A stretch of DNA of 64,000 bases from Acidimicrobiia bacterium (GTDB taxonomy: Bacteria > Actinomycetota > Acidimicrobiia > Spongiisociales > UBA5794), in assembly GCA_051002015.1 (NCBI GenBank), contig JBPCMS010000003.1, positions 1,155 through 65,154 of the forward strand, read 5' to 3'. A program made the position numbers and the translations under genes. Below, one piece after another: positions 1 to 8,436 of this stretch (its first letter is position 1; each line of letters begins with the position of its first letter). A model generated the notes under the pieces. The model saw nothing but the letters and a program-made list of their open reading frames with translations, made no database searches and was not told the origin of the DNA.

Positions 1-267
1 AACCCCATGCTGGGCGAGGCGATGGAGGAGGTGGCCGAGGCGGCGGCGACCGGGAAGGTCGGCGTGGACGACCCGCTGCCCATGTTCACCCTCCGCCACG
101 TGCGGCTGACCAGCGAGCAGGCCAAGGCCTTCTCCGAGCGGCTCCACGATCTCACCGTCGAGTTCTCGGCATTGCCCCGCGGCGGCGACACCGTCTACGG
201 GTTGATCGCCGGTATCTACCCGACGGTCCGCCCCGCCTTGAGGGATCGGCCGGAGGAGGGTCGGTGA
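1..267 (+). CDS. 3' end of a gene that starts upstream of the window; hypothetical, possibly a small regulator. Its stop overlaps the start of the MFS gene.
   Basis: ORF 7..267 is open to the window edge. The GTG at 264 of the next gene overlaps its TGA stop (GTGA). Confidence 0.3.
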   Translation, partial: NPMLGEAMEEVAEAAATGKVGVDDPLPMFTLRHVRLTSEQAKAFSERLHDLTVEFSALPRGGDTVYGLIAGIYPTVRPALRDRPEEGR

Positions 268-1742
268 GCGACATCACCACCGAGCGTCCCGCCGCAGATC
301 CCAAGCCACGGCTGGGACCGCAGTACGCCAAGCTGTGGACCGCCAGCGTCGTCTCCAACCTCGGCGACGGCATCGGCTTCGTCGCCTACCCGTGGCTGGC
401 CAGCGCCATCACCCGCAACCCGCTGCTAATCGCCCTGATCGCCGTCGCCCAGCGGCTCCCCTGGCTGGTGTTCACGCTGCCCGCCGGGGTGATCACCGAC
501 CGGGTCGACCGGCGCAAGCTGATCGTGCTGATGGACGTCATCCGGGCCGGGCTGACCCTGGCGGTCGCCTTCGTGGTCCTCGCCGAGAACGACCTCCCCA
601 CCCCGGACCAGGTGGCGGCGGGCACCGCCGTCGCCACCGACGCCGTCCTCTACACGGTGCTGCTGCTGGCAACCCTGCTGCTCGGCTGCGCCGAGGTGCT
701 GCGGGACAACGCCGCCCAGACCATCCTTCCCGCCATCGTCGCCCCCGAGGCGCTGGAGAGCGCCAACGGGCGGATGTGGGGCGCCGAGATGGTGGCCAAC
801 AGCTTCGCCGGCCCCCCGCTGGGGAGTCTCCTCATAGGGGTGACGTTCGCCCTGCCCTTCTTCGTGGACGCCGGCAGCTTCGCCGTCGCCGCCGGGCTGG
901 TGTTCATGCTGTCCGGCGACTTCCGTACCCGTGGCCGGGAAACCGGGCAGAGGGTCAACTGGAAGACCGAGATCGGTGAGGGCTTCCGCTGGCTGTGGCG
1001 CCACCCCCTGCTCCGCCCGATGGCGATCATCCTCGGGTTCCTCAACGGGTTGGGGATGATCGCCTTCGCCACCCTGGTGCTGTTCGCCCAGGAGGTGCTG
1101 GAGGTCGACGCCTTCCTGTTCGCCGTGCTCGGTACCGGAGGAGCGATCGGCGGGGTGGTGGGGAGCTGGCTCGCTCCCGGGATCAGCCGCCGGCTGGGGA
1201 GCGGCGCCTCGCTGTACCTGACCCTGGTGGCGAGCGTGGTCACCTCGCTGGTCATCGGGATCACCTCGTCGTGGGTGGTCACCTGGGTGATGTTCATGGT
1301 GATGACGTTCGCCGCGGTGGTGTGGAACGTGATCACCGTCTCGTTGCGGCAGACGATCATCCCCGACCGGCTGCTGGGCCGGGTCAACTCGGTGTACCGG
1401 TTCTTCGGGTGGGGGATGATGCCTCTCGGCCTCGCCGCCGGCGGGCTGCTGGTGTGGTTCGGCGAGCAGGTCAGCGACCGGGTGTTCGCCCTGCGGCTGC
1501 CCTGGCTGGTCAGTGCCGCCGCCTACCTGGTGCTGTTCTTCTATGCGGTCCCCCGGCTGACCACCGAGAAGGTCGAATCGGCGCGAGCCGAGGGCATCGC
1601 CGCCAAGCGGGCCGAGGGCGGTTCCGAGCCGGGCGCCACCGAAGCCGAGGTGACGACCGGGGCCTTCAGCGAGACCGCGGTCGCCACCGCACCACCGCCG
1701 ATCGACCTGGATCGGCCCAGCCGTCTCGATGAGGAGGAATGA
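264..1742 (+). CDS. MFS transporter, enterobactin-exporter-like (12-TM)
   Basis: 492-aa ORF with repeated hydrophobic helices and MFS-type N-terminal motifs (GDGIGFVAYPWLA...RVDRRK). Confidence 0.8.
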   Translation: MSDITTERPAADPKPRLGPQYAKLWTASVVSNLGDGIGFVAYPWLASAITRNPLLIALIAVAQRLPWLVFTLPAGVITDRVDRRKLIVLMDVIRAGLTLAVAFVVLAENDLPTPDQVAAGTAVATDAVLYTVLLLATLLLGCAEVLRDNAAQTILPAIVAPEALESANGRMWGAEMVANSFAGPPLGSLLIGVTFALPFFVDAGSFAVAAGLVFMLSGDFRTRGRETGQRVNWKTEIGEGFRWLWRHPLLRPMAIILGFLNGLGMIAFATLVLFAQEVLEVDAFLFAVLGTGGAIGGVVGSWLAPGISRRLGSGASLYLTLVASVVTSLVIGITSSWVVTWVMFMVMTFAAVVWNVITVSLRQTIIPDRLLGRVNSVYRFFGWGMMPLGLAAGGLLVWFGEQVSDRVFALRLPWLVSAAAYLVLFFYAVPRLTTEKVESARAEGIAAKRAEGGSEPGATEAEVTTGAFSETAVATAPPPIDLDRPSRLDEEE

Positions 1743-1743
1743 C

Positions 1744-2163
1744 GTGGAACGGCGGATCAGCCTGGTGACGTTGGGGGTGTCCGATCTTGTCGTCTCCCGG
1801 GAGTTCTACCGGCGGCTGGGGTGGGAGCCGGTGCTCGACGTCGAGGAGACGGTGTTCTTCCAGCTCGGCCCGATGGTGCTGTCGTTGTGGAACCGCCGGT
1901 CGCTGGCCGAGGACGCCGGTGTGGTCGACCGCGGCGGCTGGGGAGGATTCGCCCTGGCCCAAAACGTGGGATCGGTGGCAGAGGTCGAAGCGGTGATCGC
2001 CGAGGCGACCGCCGCCGGGGCAACGATCACCCGACCGCCGGGTCCGACCACCTGGGGCGGCTATACCGGCATCTTCTGCGACCCGGACGGGCACCCGTGG
2101 GAGGTCGCCCACAACCCCGGCTTCAACCTGGGCGAGGACGGCTCGCTGACCATTCCCGTCTGA
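1744..2163 (+). CDS. VOC/glyoxalase-family protein
   Basis: LVTLGVSDLVVSREFYRRLGW...GHPWEV resembles a glyoxalase/bleomycin-resistance fold. A GAGGAGG sits 7 nt upstream of GTG 1744. ATG 1729 is an alternative start. Confidence 0.7.
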   Translation: MERRISLVTLGVSDLVVSREFYRRLGWEPVLDVEETVFFQLGPMVLSLWNRRSLAEDAGVVDRGGWGGFALAQNVGSVAEVEAVIAEATAAGATITRPPGPTTWGGYTGIFCDPDGHPWEVAHNPGFNLGEDGSLTIPV

Positions 2164-2212
2164 GCTTCGAGCGTTCGCCCGAGACGGCCTCCACCCGGAA
2201 CGCCTCGGCCGC

Positions 2213-3004
2213 TCAGCGGGCGCCGTTGGCCCGTTTGCGGAGGATGGCGATGGTGACTAGCCCGCCCAGGAGGGCGGCGCCGATGGTGGCGCCCGAGATC
2301 AGGGGGACGTTCTGGTGCAGCGGGGTGCGCAGGCTGACCGGGCGCTGGAACTCGAGGATGGGCCATTCCCGCTCCTCGGCGATGCGGCGTAGCTCCTTCT
2401 CCGGGTTGACCGCCACCGGGTGGCCGACCACCTCCATCATCGGGAGATCGGTGGTGCTGTCCGAGTAGGCGTAGGACCCTTCGAGATCCAGGTTCTGTCG
2501 CTCCGCCAGGGCTCTGATGGCATCCGCCTTGCCCGATCCCATGGCGTAGAACTCGAGCTCGGGGAGGAAGAACCCGGCGCTGTCGGTCTTGATGCGGGTG
2601 GCGATGATCTCGGTGACCCCGATGTGGCGGCCGATGGGGCGCACGATCTGCTCGGGGCTGGCCGACACCAGGAACACCCGGCGACCCTCGCGCTTGTGCT
2701 CGTCGATCAGGGTCAACGCCTCGGCGTAGACCAGCGGATCGGCGACGTCCTGGAGGGTCTCTTCGACCAGCTGCTCGATCTCGGCGCGGTGCCAGCCCTC
2801 GGTGAGTCGCAGCATCTGGTCGCGTACCCGTTCGAGCTGACCCTCGTCGGCGCCGAACAGCACGTAGAAGACCTGGGCGAAGCCGAACTTGGCCAGGGTC
2901 CGCCGTCCCACGAAGCCCGCCTTGTAGAACGGCTTGCCGAAGGCGAGGGTCGATGACTTGGCGATGACCGTCTTGTCGAGGTCGAAGAAGGCGGCTTGCT
3001 GCAT
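2213..3004 (-). CDS. HAD-IB family hydrolase (SerB-like phosphatase)
   Basis: N-terminal MQQAAFFDLDKTV (DxD motif), then ...GSGKADAIRALAE...YSDSTTDLPMMEVVGHPVAVNP. The longer ORF running to 3253 is an upstream extension. Confidence 0.75.
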   Translation of the reverse strand: MQQAAFFDLDKTVIAKSSTLAFGKPFYKAGFVGRRTLAKFGFAQVFYVLFGADEGQLERVRDQMLRLTEGWHRAEIEQLVEETLQDVADPLVYAEALTLIDEHKREGRRVFLVSASPEQIVRPIGRHIGVTEIIATRIKTDSAGFFLPELEFYAMGSGKADAIRALAERQNLDLEGSYAYSDSTTDLPMMEVVGHPVAVNPEKELRRIAEEREWPILEFQRPVSLRTPLHQNVPLISGATIGAALLGGLVTIAILRKRANGAR

Positions 3005-3137
3005 GGCGTCGCCAGTGTACGGCGCCGGGGTGACATGACTCCGTTCCGGGTCGGTCCATCCGGCACCCTTGAATCTGTCACACCCGCTCCCTACGTTGAT
3101 GGGAACTTCCCCGGACCGTCGACCGAGGGAGTGGATC

Positions 3138-3680
3138 ATGACCGTGCTCGGCATCTGGTGTCCCGACGACGCCGTGCTCGGCGCGGTCGCTCCGCTGGCG
3201 CTGGCGGCGTCTGCCGGCACCGCCCTGGTGGTCGATGTCGACCCCGAGGGCACCGACTACCGGCGGGCGGGGACGTTGGCGGCTCTGGTCCGGGACGGGC
3301 CCACCAGGCGCCAGCTGCACCCCACCCGGCGGGGGGTCGCCGTGCTCGCCAACGGTGGGATCACCGCAAGCGAGGCGGCCGAGGTCATCGACGCCCTCGT
3401 CGCCGGATGGCCCCGGGTGGTGCTGCGCCACCCACCGGGTCCAAGACCGGACGGTCCCCGGGTGGTGCCGGTCCATCCACTGGTACCAGGCCGTCCGGTC
3501 GACCCGTCCACCCCTGCCGTCTACCAGCGGGGGCCGTGGGCGGTCGATCTGCCCCCGCCGGCGGTGGTGCTGCCCCGGGCCGGGCCCGGTGCCGTCCGCT
3601 GCCTGCTCGAGGGGCGCCGCCCCGGTCCGTCGCGCTGGCTCCGCCACTGGAGACGGGTGTGGGAGCTTCCGTGGCCGTGA
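3138..3680 (+). CDS. TadZ/CpaE-like ParA/MinD-family protein with a degenerate Walker A (pseudo-ATPase), first gene of the tad operon
   Basis: MTVLGIWCPDDAVLGAVAPLALAASAGTALVVDVDPEG aligns to the ParA/MinD N-terminus (VIAV.S.KGGVGKTT.A.NLA.ALA..G..VLLVDADP.G), but KGGVGKT is replaced by CPDDAVLG. Its stop overlaps the tadA GTG. Confidence 0.45.
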   Translation: MTVLGIWCPDDAVLGAVAPLALAASAGTALVVDVDPEGTDYRRAGTLAALVRDGPTRRQLHPTRRGVAVLANGGITASEAAEVIDALVAGWPRVVLRHPPGPRPDGPRVVPVHPLVPGRPVDPSTPAVYQRGPWAVDLPPPAVVLPRAGPGAVRCLLEGRRPGPSRWLRHWRRVWELPWP

Positions 3681-4732
3681 TCGACCGCCTCGTGGAGCGG
3701 ATGCTGGCCGGTGACGTCCCGCTGGAGCGGGGTGCGGTCGAGGACGCCGTCCGGAACCTGCTCCCCGAGGAGGCGCCGCTGGCGCCGACCGGTGTCGCCG
3801 TCGAGGTGGCCGACGCCCTGGTGGGGCTTGGTGCGCTCGAGCCGCTGCTGTCCGATCCCTCGATCAGCGATGTCCTGGTCAACGCCGACGGATCGGTCTG
3901 GATCGAGCGTGCCGGGTCGCTGCTCCGCAGCCCGATCCGCTTCGCCCCGCCCGGGCAGGTCACCGCCGCCGTCGAACGGGTCATCGCCCCCCTGGGGCTT
4001 CGTCTCGACCGCTCCAGCCCGGCGGTCGATGCCCGGCTCCCGGACGGGTCTCGGCTCCACGCCATCATCCCCCCGGCATCGGTGGACGGCCCGGTGGTGG
4101 CCATCAGGCGGTTCACGGCGGCGGTGGTCGACCTCGACGGCCTGGTCGCCGCCGGCGGCGCCGACGACGAAGCCGCCGCCCTGCTCAGGGGGGCGGTGGC
4201 GGAGCGGCGCAACCTGCTGGTGTCGGGGGGAACCGGGTCGGGCAAGACCACCCTGCTCAACATCCTCGCCGGTGAGATCCCGGCCACCGAGCGAGTGGTG
4301 GTCATCGAGGATTCGGCCGAGCTCAAGGCGACCGGCCACATGGTCCGGCTGGAAGCGCGCCCGCCCAACGCCGAAGGGGCGGGCGAGATCACCCTGCGCA
4401 CGCTGGTCCGCCATGCCCTCAGGCTCCGTCCCGACCGCATCGTGGTCGGCGAGGTACGGGGGCCCGAGGCGCTCGACATGATCCAGGCGATCAACACCGG
4501 TCACGCCGGATCGATGTCGACCGTCCACGCCAACGGCCCCGACGAGGCGATGTGGCGGCTGGAGACGCTGGCGCTGTCGGGCCGGGGTGCGCTTGCCGCC
4601 GAGACCGTCAGACGCCAGCTGTGGAGCGCCCTCGATGTCGTCGTCCACCTCGACCGGTCCCGGGGGCGCAGGCGGGTGGCGGCGATCGCCGACGTCGGCG
4701 ACAAGGTTCTCCAGGTCAGGTGGTCGTCGTGA
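3671..4732 (+). CDS. tadA: Tad/Flp pilus assembly ATPase TadA/CpaF
   Basis: LVSGGTGSGKTTLLN (Walker A), VVIEDSAELK, RPDRIVVGEVRGPEA, INTGHAGSMSTVHAN. The CpaF-type N-terminal part is ...GALEPLLSDPSISDVLVNADGSVWIE. The start is GTG overlapping the upstream stop. Confidence 0.85.
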   Translation: MAVIDRLVERMLAGDVPLERGAVEDAVRNLLPEEAPLAPTGVAVEVADALVGLGALEPLLSDPSISDVLVNADGSVWIERAGSLLRSPIRFAPPGQVTAAVERVIAPLGLRLDRSSPAVDARLPDGSRLHAIIPPASVDGPVVAIRRFTAAVVDLDGLVAAGGADDEAAALLRGAVAERRNLLVSGGTGSGKTTLLNILAGEIPATERVVVIEDSAELKATGHMVRLEARPPNAEGAGEITLRTLVRHALRLRPDRIVVGEVRGPEALDMIQAINTGHAGSMSTVHANGPDEAMWRLETLALSGRGALAAETVRRQLWSALDVVVHLDRSRGRRRVAAIADVGDKVLQVRWSS

Positions 4733-5409
4733 CCGACCCGGTGCTCCACGCCGCCGCCGTCGCCGTCTGTCTTCTGGCCGGGGTGCCCTGGGTGGTTGCC
4801 GGCTCCATCGCCCTCGGTTCGCTGGGGCCCGAGGTCGGCCTGATGGCGGTGCTGGCGTTCCACCTGGCCCGCCGGCGGAGGGCACCCAACCGTGGCGGCG
4901 ACGAGGCGGTGGTGCTCGCCGCCCTGGGTGCCGAGCTGCGGCGGGGTGCCTCGGTGCGCACCGCCATCGAGCCGGCAGCGGCACGGTCGGCTCACCTCGA
5001 TCTGTCCGCCGCGGTCAGGCTCGCCGAGGCCGGCGCACCGGTGGAACGGGTGGCGGACGCCTTCGCCCGCGGCCTGCCACAAACCGGGCGGCTGGCGGGG
5101 CCTGCTTTGGTGGTGGCGGCGGCATCGGGCGGGCGCGCCTCAGCCGTGTTCGCCCGGCTCGCCGACAGGGCGTCGGCCCACCTCGAGGTCGAGGGCGAGC
5201 GCAGGGCCCTGACGGCGCAGGCCCGGCTGTCTGCCGTGGTGGTCGGTGCGATCCCGTGTGTCGTCCTCGGCTCGATGGCGCTCACCGGCCGGCTTTCCAG
5301 CCTGCTGGCGGCCGGGCCCTTCGGGGTGGTCGCCGTGATCGTCGGGTCGGTGCTGATGCTGACCGGGATGGCGGTGGTGGTGGCGCTGACGAGGAGGACG
5401 CTGAAGTGA
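4729..5409 (+). CDS. tadB: TadB-like pilus assembly membrane protein (T2SS-F family)
   Basis: Multi-TM protein directly coupled to tadA by GTGA, in the position and size of TadB. Confidence 0.7.
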   Translation: MTDPVLHAAAVAVCLLAGVPWVVAGSIALGSLGPEVGLMAVLAFHLARRRRAPNRGGDEAVVLAALGAELRRGASVRTAIEPAAARSAHLDLSAAVRLAEAGAPVERVADAFARGLPQTGRLAGPALVVAAASGGRASAVFARLADRASAHLEVEGERRALTAQARLSAVVVGAIPCVVLGSMALTGRLSSLLAAGPFGVVAVIVGSVLMLTGMAVVVALTRRTLK

Positions 5410-6017
5410 CCAACACGGCTCGGGTGGCGGCGGTGCTGATGTTGCTCGCATGGGCTCCTGCTCGTCTTCGCACCGCCCTGGCCCCCTTGGCGCCCGGGCT
5501 GTGGTCGCCACCGGCGGTGGTGGTCGCCGTCCTCATCCGGCCGCTGTGGCGTCTCCGTGAACGGCTGGCTCGGCGGCGGCGCGCCGCCTCCGATGCCGCC
5601 GAGCAGGGCGATCTGTTCGCCGAGCTGCTCGTCATCGGGCTCAGTGCCGGTTGGGGGTTCCCGCAGACCCTGGGCTGGGTTGCCCCCCGACTCGGGGAAC
5701 CGCTGCGGGGCGAGGTCGAGACCGTGGTACGGCGGATGCGCCACCACGGCGGGGCGGCGCTCGACGGTGCAGGCGGCAGCGCCGCCGATCTGTACCGGCT
5801 GGTGGCCAGGGCCCAGGCCACCGGGGCGCCCCTGGTCGAAGCCGTGGAGCGGTTCGCCGCCGACAGGACGTCGTCGCGCCGCCAGGAGACGTTGGCCGCG
5901 GCCCGGCGGCTCCCCGTCGTCCTGGTGTTCCCGCTGGCACTGTTGATCCTGCCCGGGTTCGTGCTGGTGACGGTGGCCCCGGCGCTGGTCGCCGCCCTGG
6001 AGAGGCTCGGGTCATGA
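5406..6017 (+). CDS. tadC: TadC-like pilus assembly membrane protein
   Basis: GTGA overlap with tadB. A TM N-terminus and C-terminal TM segments (PVVLVFPLALLILPGFVLVTVAP) are typical of TadC. Confidence 0.65.
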   Translation: MTNTARVAAVLMLLAWAPARLRTALAPLAPGLWSPPAVVVAVLIRPLWRLRERLARRRRAASDAAEQGDLFAELLVIGLSAGWGFPQTLGWVAPRLGEPLRGEVETVVRRMRHHGGAALDGAGGSAADLYRLVARAQATGAPLVEAVERFAADRTSSRRQETLAAARRLPVVLVFPLALLILPGFVLVTVAPALVAALERLGS

Positions 6018-6070
6018 CTTCCCCCCGAGGCCGGCCGGTCGCCGGCATTGTCAGAACGGAGGTGAGCATC

Positions 6071-6238
6071 ATGCTCGACCGAATCGGTAGGGAGCGCGGT
6101 CAGGCGACCGCCGAGTACGCCCTGGTCATCGTCGCCGCCGCCGCCATCGCCCTGGCGTTGATCCTGTGGGCGACGTCCACGGGGGCGCTGGAGAGCTTCT
6201 TCGACTCGGTGGTGGCCAAGGTGTCGTCGTACGTGTGA
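6071..6238 (+). CDS. flp: Flp family type IVb prepilin
   Basis: MLDRIGRERG/QATAEYALVIVAAAAIALALI carries the Flp G/XXXXEY processing motif followed by a hydrophobic helix. 55 aa. Confidence 0.7.
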   Translation: MLDRIGRERGQATAEYALVIVAAAAIALALILWATSTGALESFFDSVVAKVSSYV

Positions 6239-6600
6239 CCGCCCGGTCCGAGTCGGGGTCGGCGGTGGTCGAGTTCGCCCTGGTCGTCCCGGTGGTCCTC
6301 ATCGTGCTGCTGGGCGTGGTCGACGTGGCGCTGCTCGCCCGGTCCCAGCTCGAGGTGGTGGGGGCGGCACGTGAGGGGGCGCGCCAGGCCGCGGTCAGCC
6401 CGGATCCGGCCGATGCGGTGGCTGCGGTGCGCTCGGCGTTGGGAAGCAGGGGCGCCTTGGCGGCGGTGTCGGTAAGCCGCCCGTCCGTGGTGGGCGCCCC
6501 GGCCGAGGTCGTGGTGAGACTGGAGCACGCCCTCGGCTCGTGGTTCGGTGGGGTGGGGGTGCAGCTCACCGGGCGGGCGACGATGCGGGTCGAGCAATGA
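6235..6600 (+). CDS. tadE: TadE-like pseudopilin/pilus assembly protein
   Basis: ESGSAVVEFALVVPVVLIVLLGVVDVALLARSQLEVVGAAREGAR is a TadE N-terminal domain. GTGA overlap with flp. Confidence 0.65.
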   Translation: MTARSESGSAVVEFALVVPVVLIVLLGVVDVALLARSQLEVVGAAREGARQAAVSPDPADAVAAVRSALGSRGALAAVSVSRPSVVGAPAEVVVRLEHALGSWFGGVGVQLTGRATMRVEQ

Positions 6601-7049
6601 TCCGCCCGTGTGCCGTCGCCCGCCGCAGCCGACCGCCCCCCACCGGGCGGCACCGCACGGTCGAGCGGGGATCGGCCTCCGTGCTGATGGTGGCGGTGAC
6701 GGCCACGGCGATGCTGTTCGCCCTGCTGGTGGCCGATGTCGGGCTCTACCTGACCGGAAGAGCCAAGGCGGTGACGGCGGCGGATGCGGCGGCGCTGGCG
6801 GCCGCCCCGGTGACCTTCCACGGCTTCGGATCGTCCGGCTCGCCCGTCGACGAGGCGGCCCGGTTCGCCGCGCTGCACGGGATGGGGCTGGTGAGCTGCG
6901 TCTGCCCGGTCGACCACACCTGGCAACCGAGGACGGTGGTGGTGGTGGTCAGCGGATCCGTCGACCTCATCATGCTCGGCAGCCGCACGGTGTCGGCGTC
7001 CGCCGCCGCCGAGTTCGATCCAACCAGGATCGTGGCAGACGGGGGCTGA
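6597..7049 (+). CDS. TadE/TadG-like protein (Rv3655c-like)
   Basis: ATGA overlap with the previous gene. ASVLMVAVTATAMLFALLVADVGLYLTGRAKAVTAADAAALA is a TadE/G-like N-terminus. Confidence 0.55.
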   Translation: MIRPCAVARRSRPPPTGRHRTVERGSASVLMVAVTATAMLFALLVADVGLYLTGRAKAVTAADAAALAAAPVTFHGFGSSGSPVDEAARFAALHGMGLVSCVCPVDHTWQPRTVVVVVSGSVDLIMLGSRTVSASAAAEFDPTRIVADGG

Positions 7050-7071
7050 CCGGTGGTGGCATACTCGGCGG

Positions 7072-7722
7072 GTGCAGCTGACCCGCCTCGGCCACGCCGC
7101 CCTGCTCGTGGAGACACCGTCGGCCCGACTCCTCATCGACCCCGGCATCTACACCGAGGACTGGCACGAGGTGGTCGGACTGGACGCGGTGCTGGTGACC
7201 CACCAGCATCCCGATCACGTCGACGCGGCGAACCTCGCCGGGCTGCTCGCCGGCAACCGGTCCGCCCGGCTGGTGACCGAGGCCGCGGTGGCACCGCTCC
7301 TCGCCGAGCATGGATTGGATGCCGAGGTGGCGGCGCCGGGCGCGAACTTCGCCCTGGCCGCGGTCCGGGTGGATGTGGTGGGCGGCTTGCACGCCGTCAT
7401 CCACCAGAGGATTCCCCGGGTCGGCAACGTGGGCTACGTCGTCTCCGAACCGGATGGCCCCCGGCTGTTCCATCCCGGCGACGCCTACGACACCGTGCCC
7501 GCCGGGGTCGATGTCCTTGCTCTGCCGCTCGCCGCTCCCTGGGCCAGCGCCGCCGCCACCGCCGACTTCCTCACCGCGGTCGCTCCGGCCGAGGCCGTGC
7601 CGATTCACGATGGAGCCCTCAACGCCACCGGGTGGGAGCTCTACCTGCGTATCATCGGCGGCCTGGCCGATCCGACGATCACCCTTCATCACCTCGACCC
7701 GGCGGGCACCCTCGCCCTCTGA
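7072..7722 (+). CDS. MBL-fold metallo-hydrolase
   Basis: THQHPDHVD (HxHxDH) plus downstream His/Asp residues. GTG start. Confidence 0.75.
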   Translation: MQLTRLGHAALLVETPSARLLIDPGIYTEDWHEVVGLDAVLVTHQHPDHVDAANLAGLLAGNRSARLVTEAAVAPLLAEHGLDAEVAAPGANFALAAVRVDVVGGLHAVIHQRIPRVGNVGYVVSEPDGPRLFHPGDAYDTVPAGVDVLALPLAAPWASAAATADFLTAVAPAEAVPIHDGALNATGWELYLRIIGGLADPTITLHHLDPAGTLAL

Positions 7723-7738
7723 GGCGGCCGAAGACGAA

Positions 7739-8368
7739 TCAGCGGACGCCGGCGGGGCGGAACTGGATCGAGATACGGGGCCCGACCGGCTTGGCCGTCT
7801 TGGGGACGCAGTGGTCCCAGGTTCGCTGGCAGGACCCGCCCATCACCAGCAGGTCGCCGTCGCCCAACGAGAACCGCATCGTCCCGCCTCCTTCCCGGGG
7901 CCGCAGCAGCAGGGAACGGGGCGAGCCCACCGAGAGGATGGCCACCATCGTGTCGACGTCACGCCCCCGTCCGATGCGGTCGCCGTGCCAGGCCACCGAG
8001 TCGGCGCCGTCGCGGTACAGGCACAGCCCGGCAGATACGAACGGCTCGCCCAACTCCGCCGCGTAGTGCTCGCTCAGCATCGCCATGGCCTCCTCGAGCA
8101 CCGGATGGGGGAGCGCATCCCCCGACCCGTAGAAGCAGGTGAGGCGGGGCACGTCGACCACCCGGTCGTACATCTGGCGACGGTCGCCTCGCCACGGCGC
8201 CTCCCGGTGCAGCGCCTCGAACAGCAGGTCGGCCCCGCCCAGCCAGCCCGGGCGGTGGTCCACCCAGGCACCCCGGGTCAGCTCGGTACGAGCCAGTCCG
8301 ACCACCACCTCTCCCAACAGAGGCAGGTCGGCCGCCCCGAGCAGAGAGCCCTGCCATGCCGTCGCCAT
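7739..8368 (-). CDS. alkB: Alpha-ketoglutarate-dependent dioxygenase AlkB (oxidative DNA/RNA demethylase)
   Basis: ...WHGDRIGRG.D...IAILSVGSPRSLLLRPREGGGTMRFSLGDGDLLVMGGSCQRTWDHCVP... matches the AlkB 2OG-Fe(II) oxygenase core. Confidence 0.8.
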   Translation of the reverse strand: MATAWQGSLLGAADLPLLGEVVVGLARTELTRGAWVDHRPGWLGGADLLFEALHREAPWRGDRRQMYDRVVDVPRLTCFYGSGDALPHPVLEEAMAMLSEHYAAELGEPFVSAGLCLYRDGADSVAWHGDRIGRGRDVDTMVAILSVGSPRSLLLRPREGGGTMRFSLGDGDLLVMGGSCQRTWDHCVPKTAKPVGPRISIQFRPAGVR

Positions 8369-8436
8369 ACGCTCATCCTACCGCCCATCGAACACATGTT
8401 CTACCGCTGGTTTGACCCGGGCCTTGCCCGGGAGCC

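Noticed and set aside
2996-3671. N-terminal 225 codons of the 578-aa ORF containing tadA. Similar 5' extensions occur on ORFs at 2213-3253, 4552-5409, 4587-6017, 8437-10191, 10414-12825, 33291-34826, 35289-36626, 39367-41655, 42211-43866, 54915-57035 and 59909-61795.
   Set aside because: The extensions overlap the upstream genes in another frame and are compositionally biased. Conserved N-termini and GTGA/ATGA coupling sites identify the internal true starts used in the feature table.
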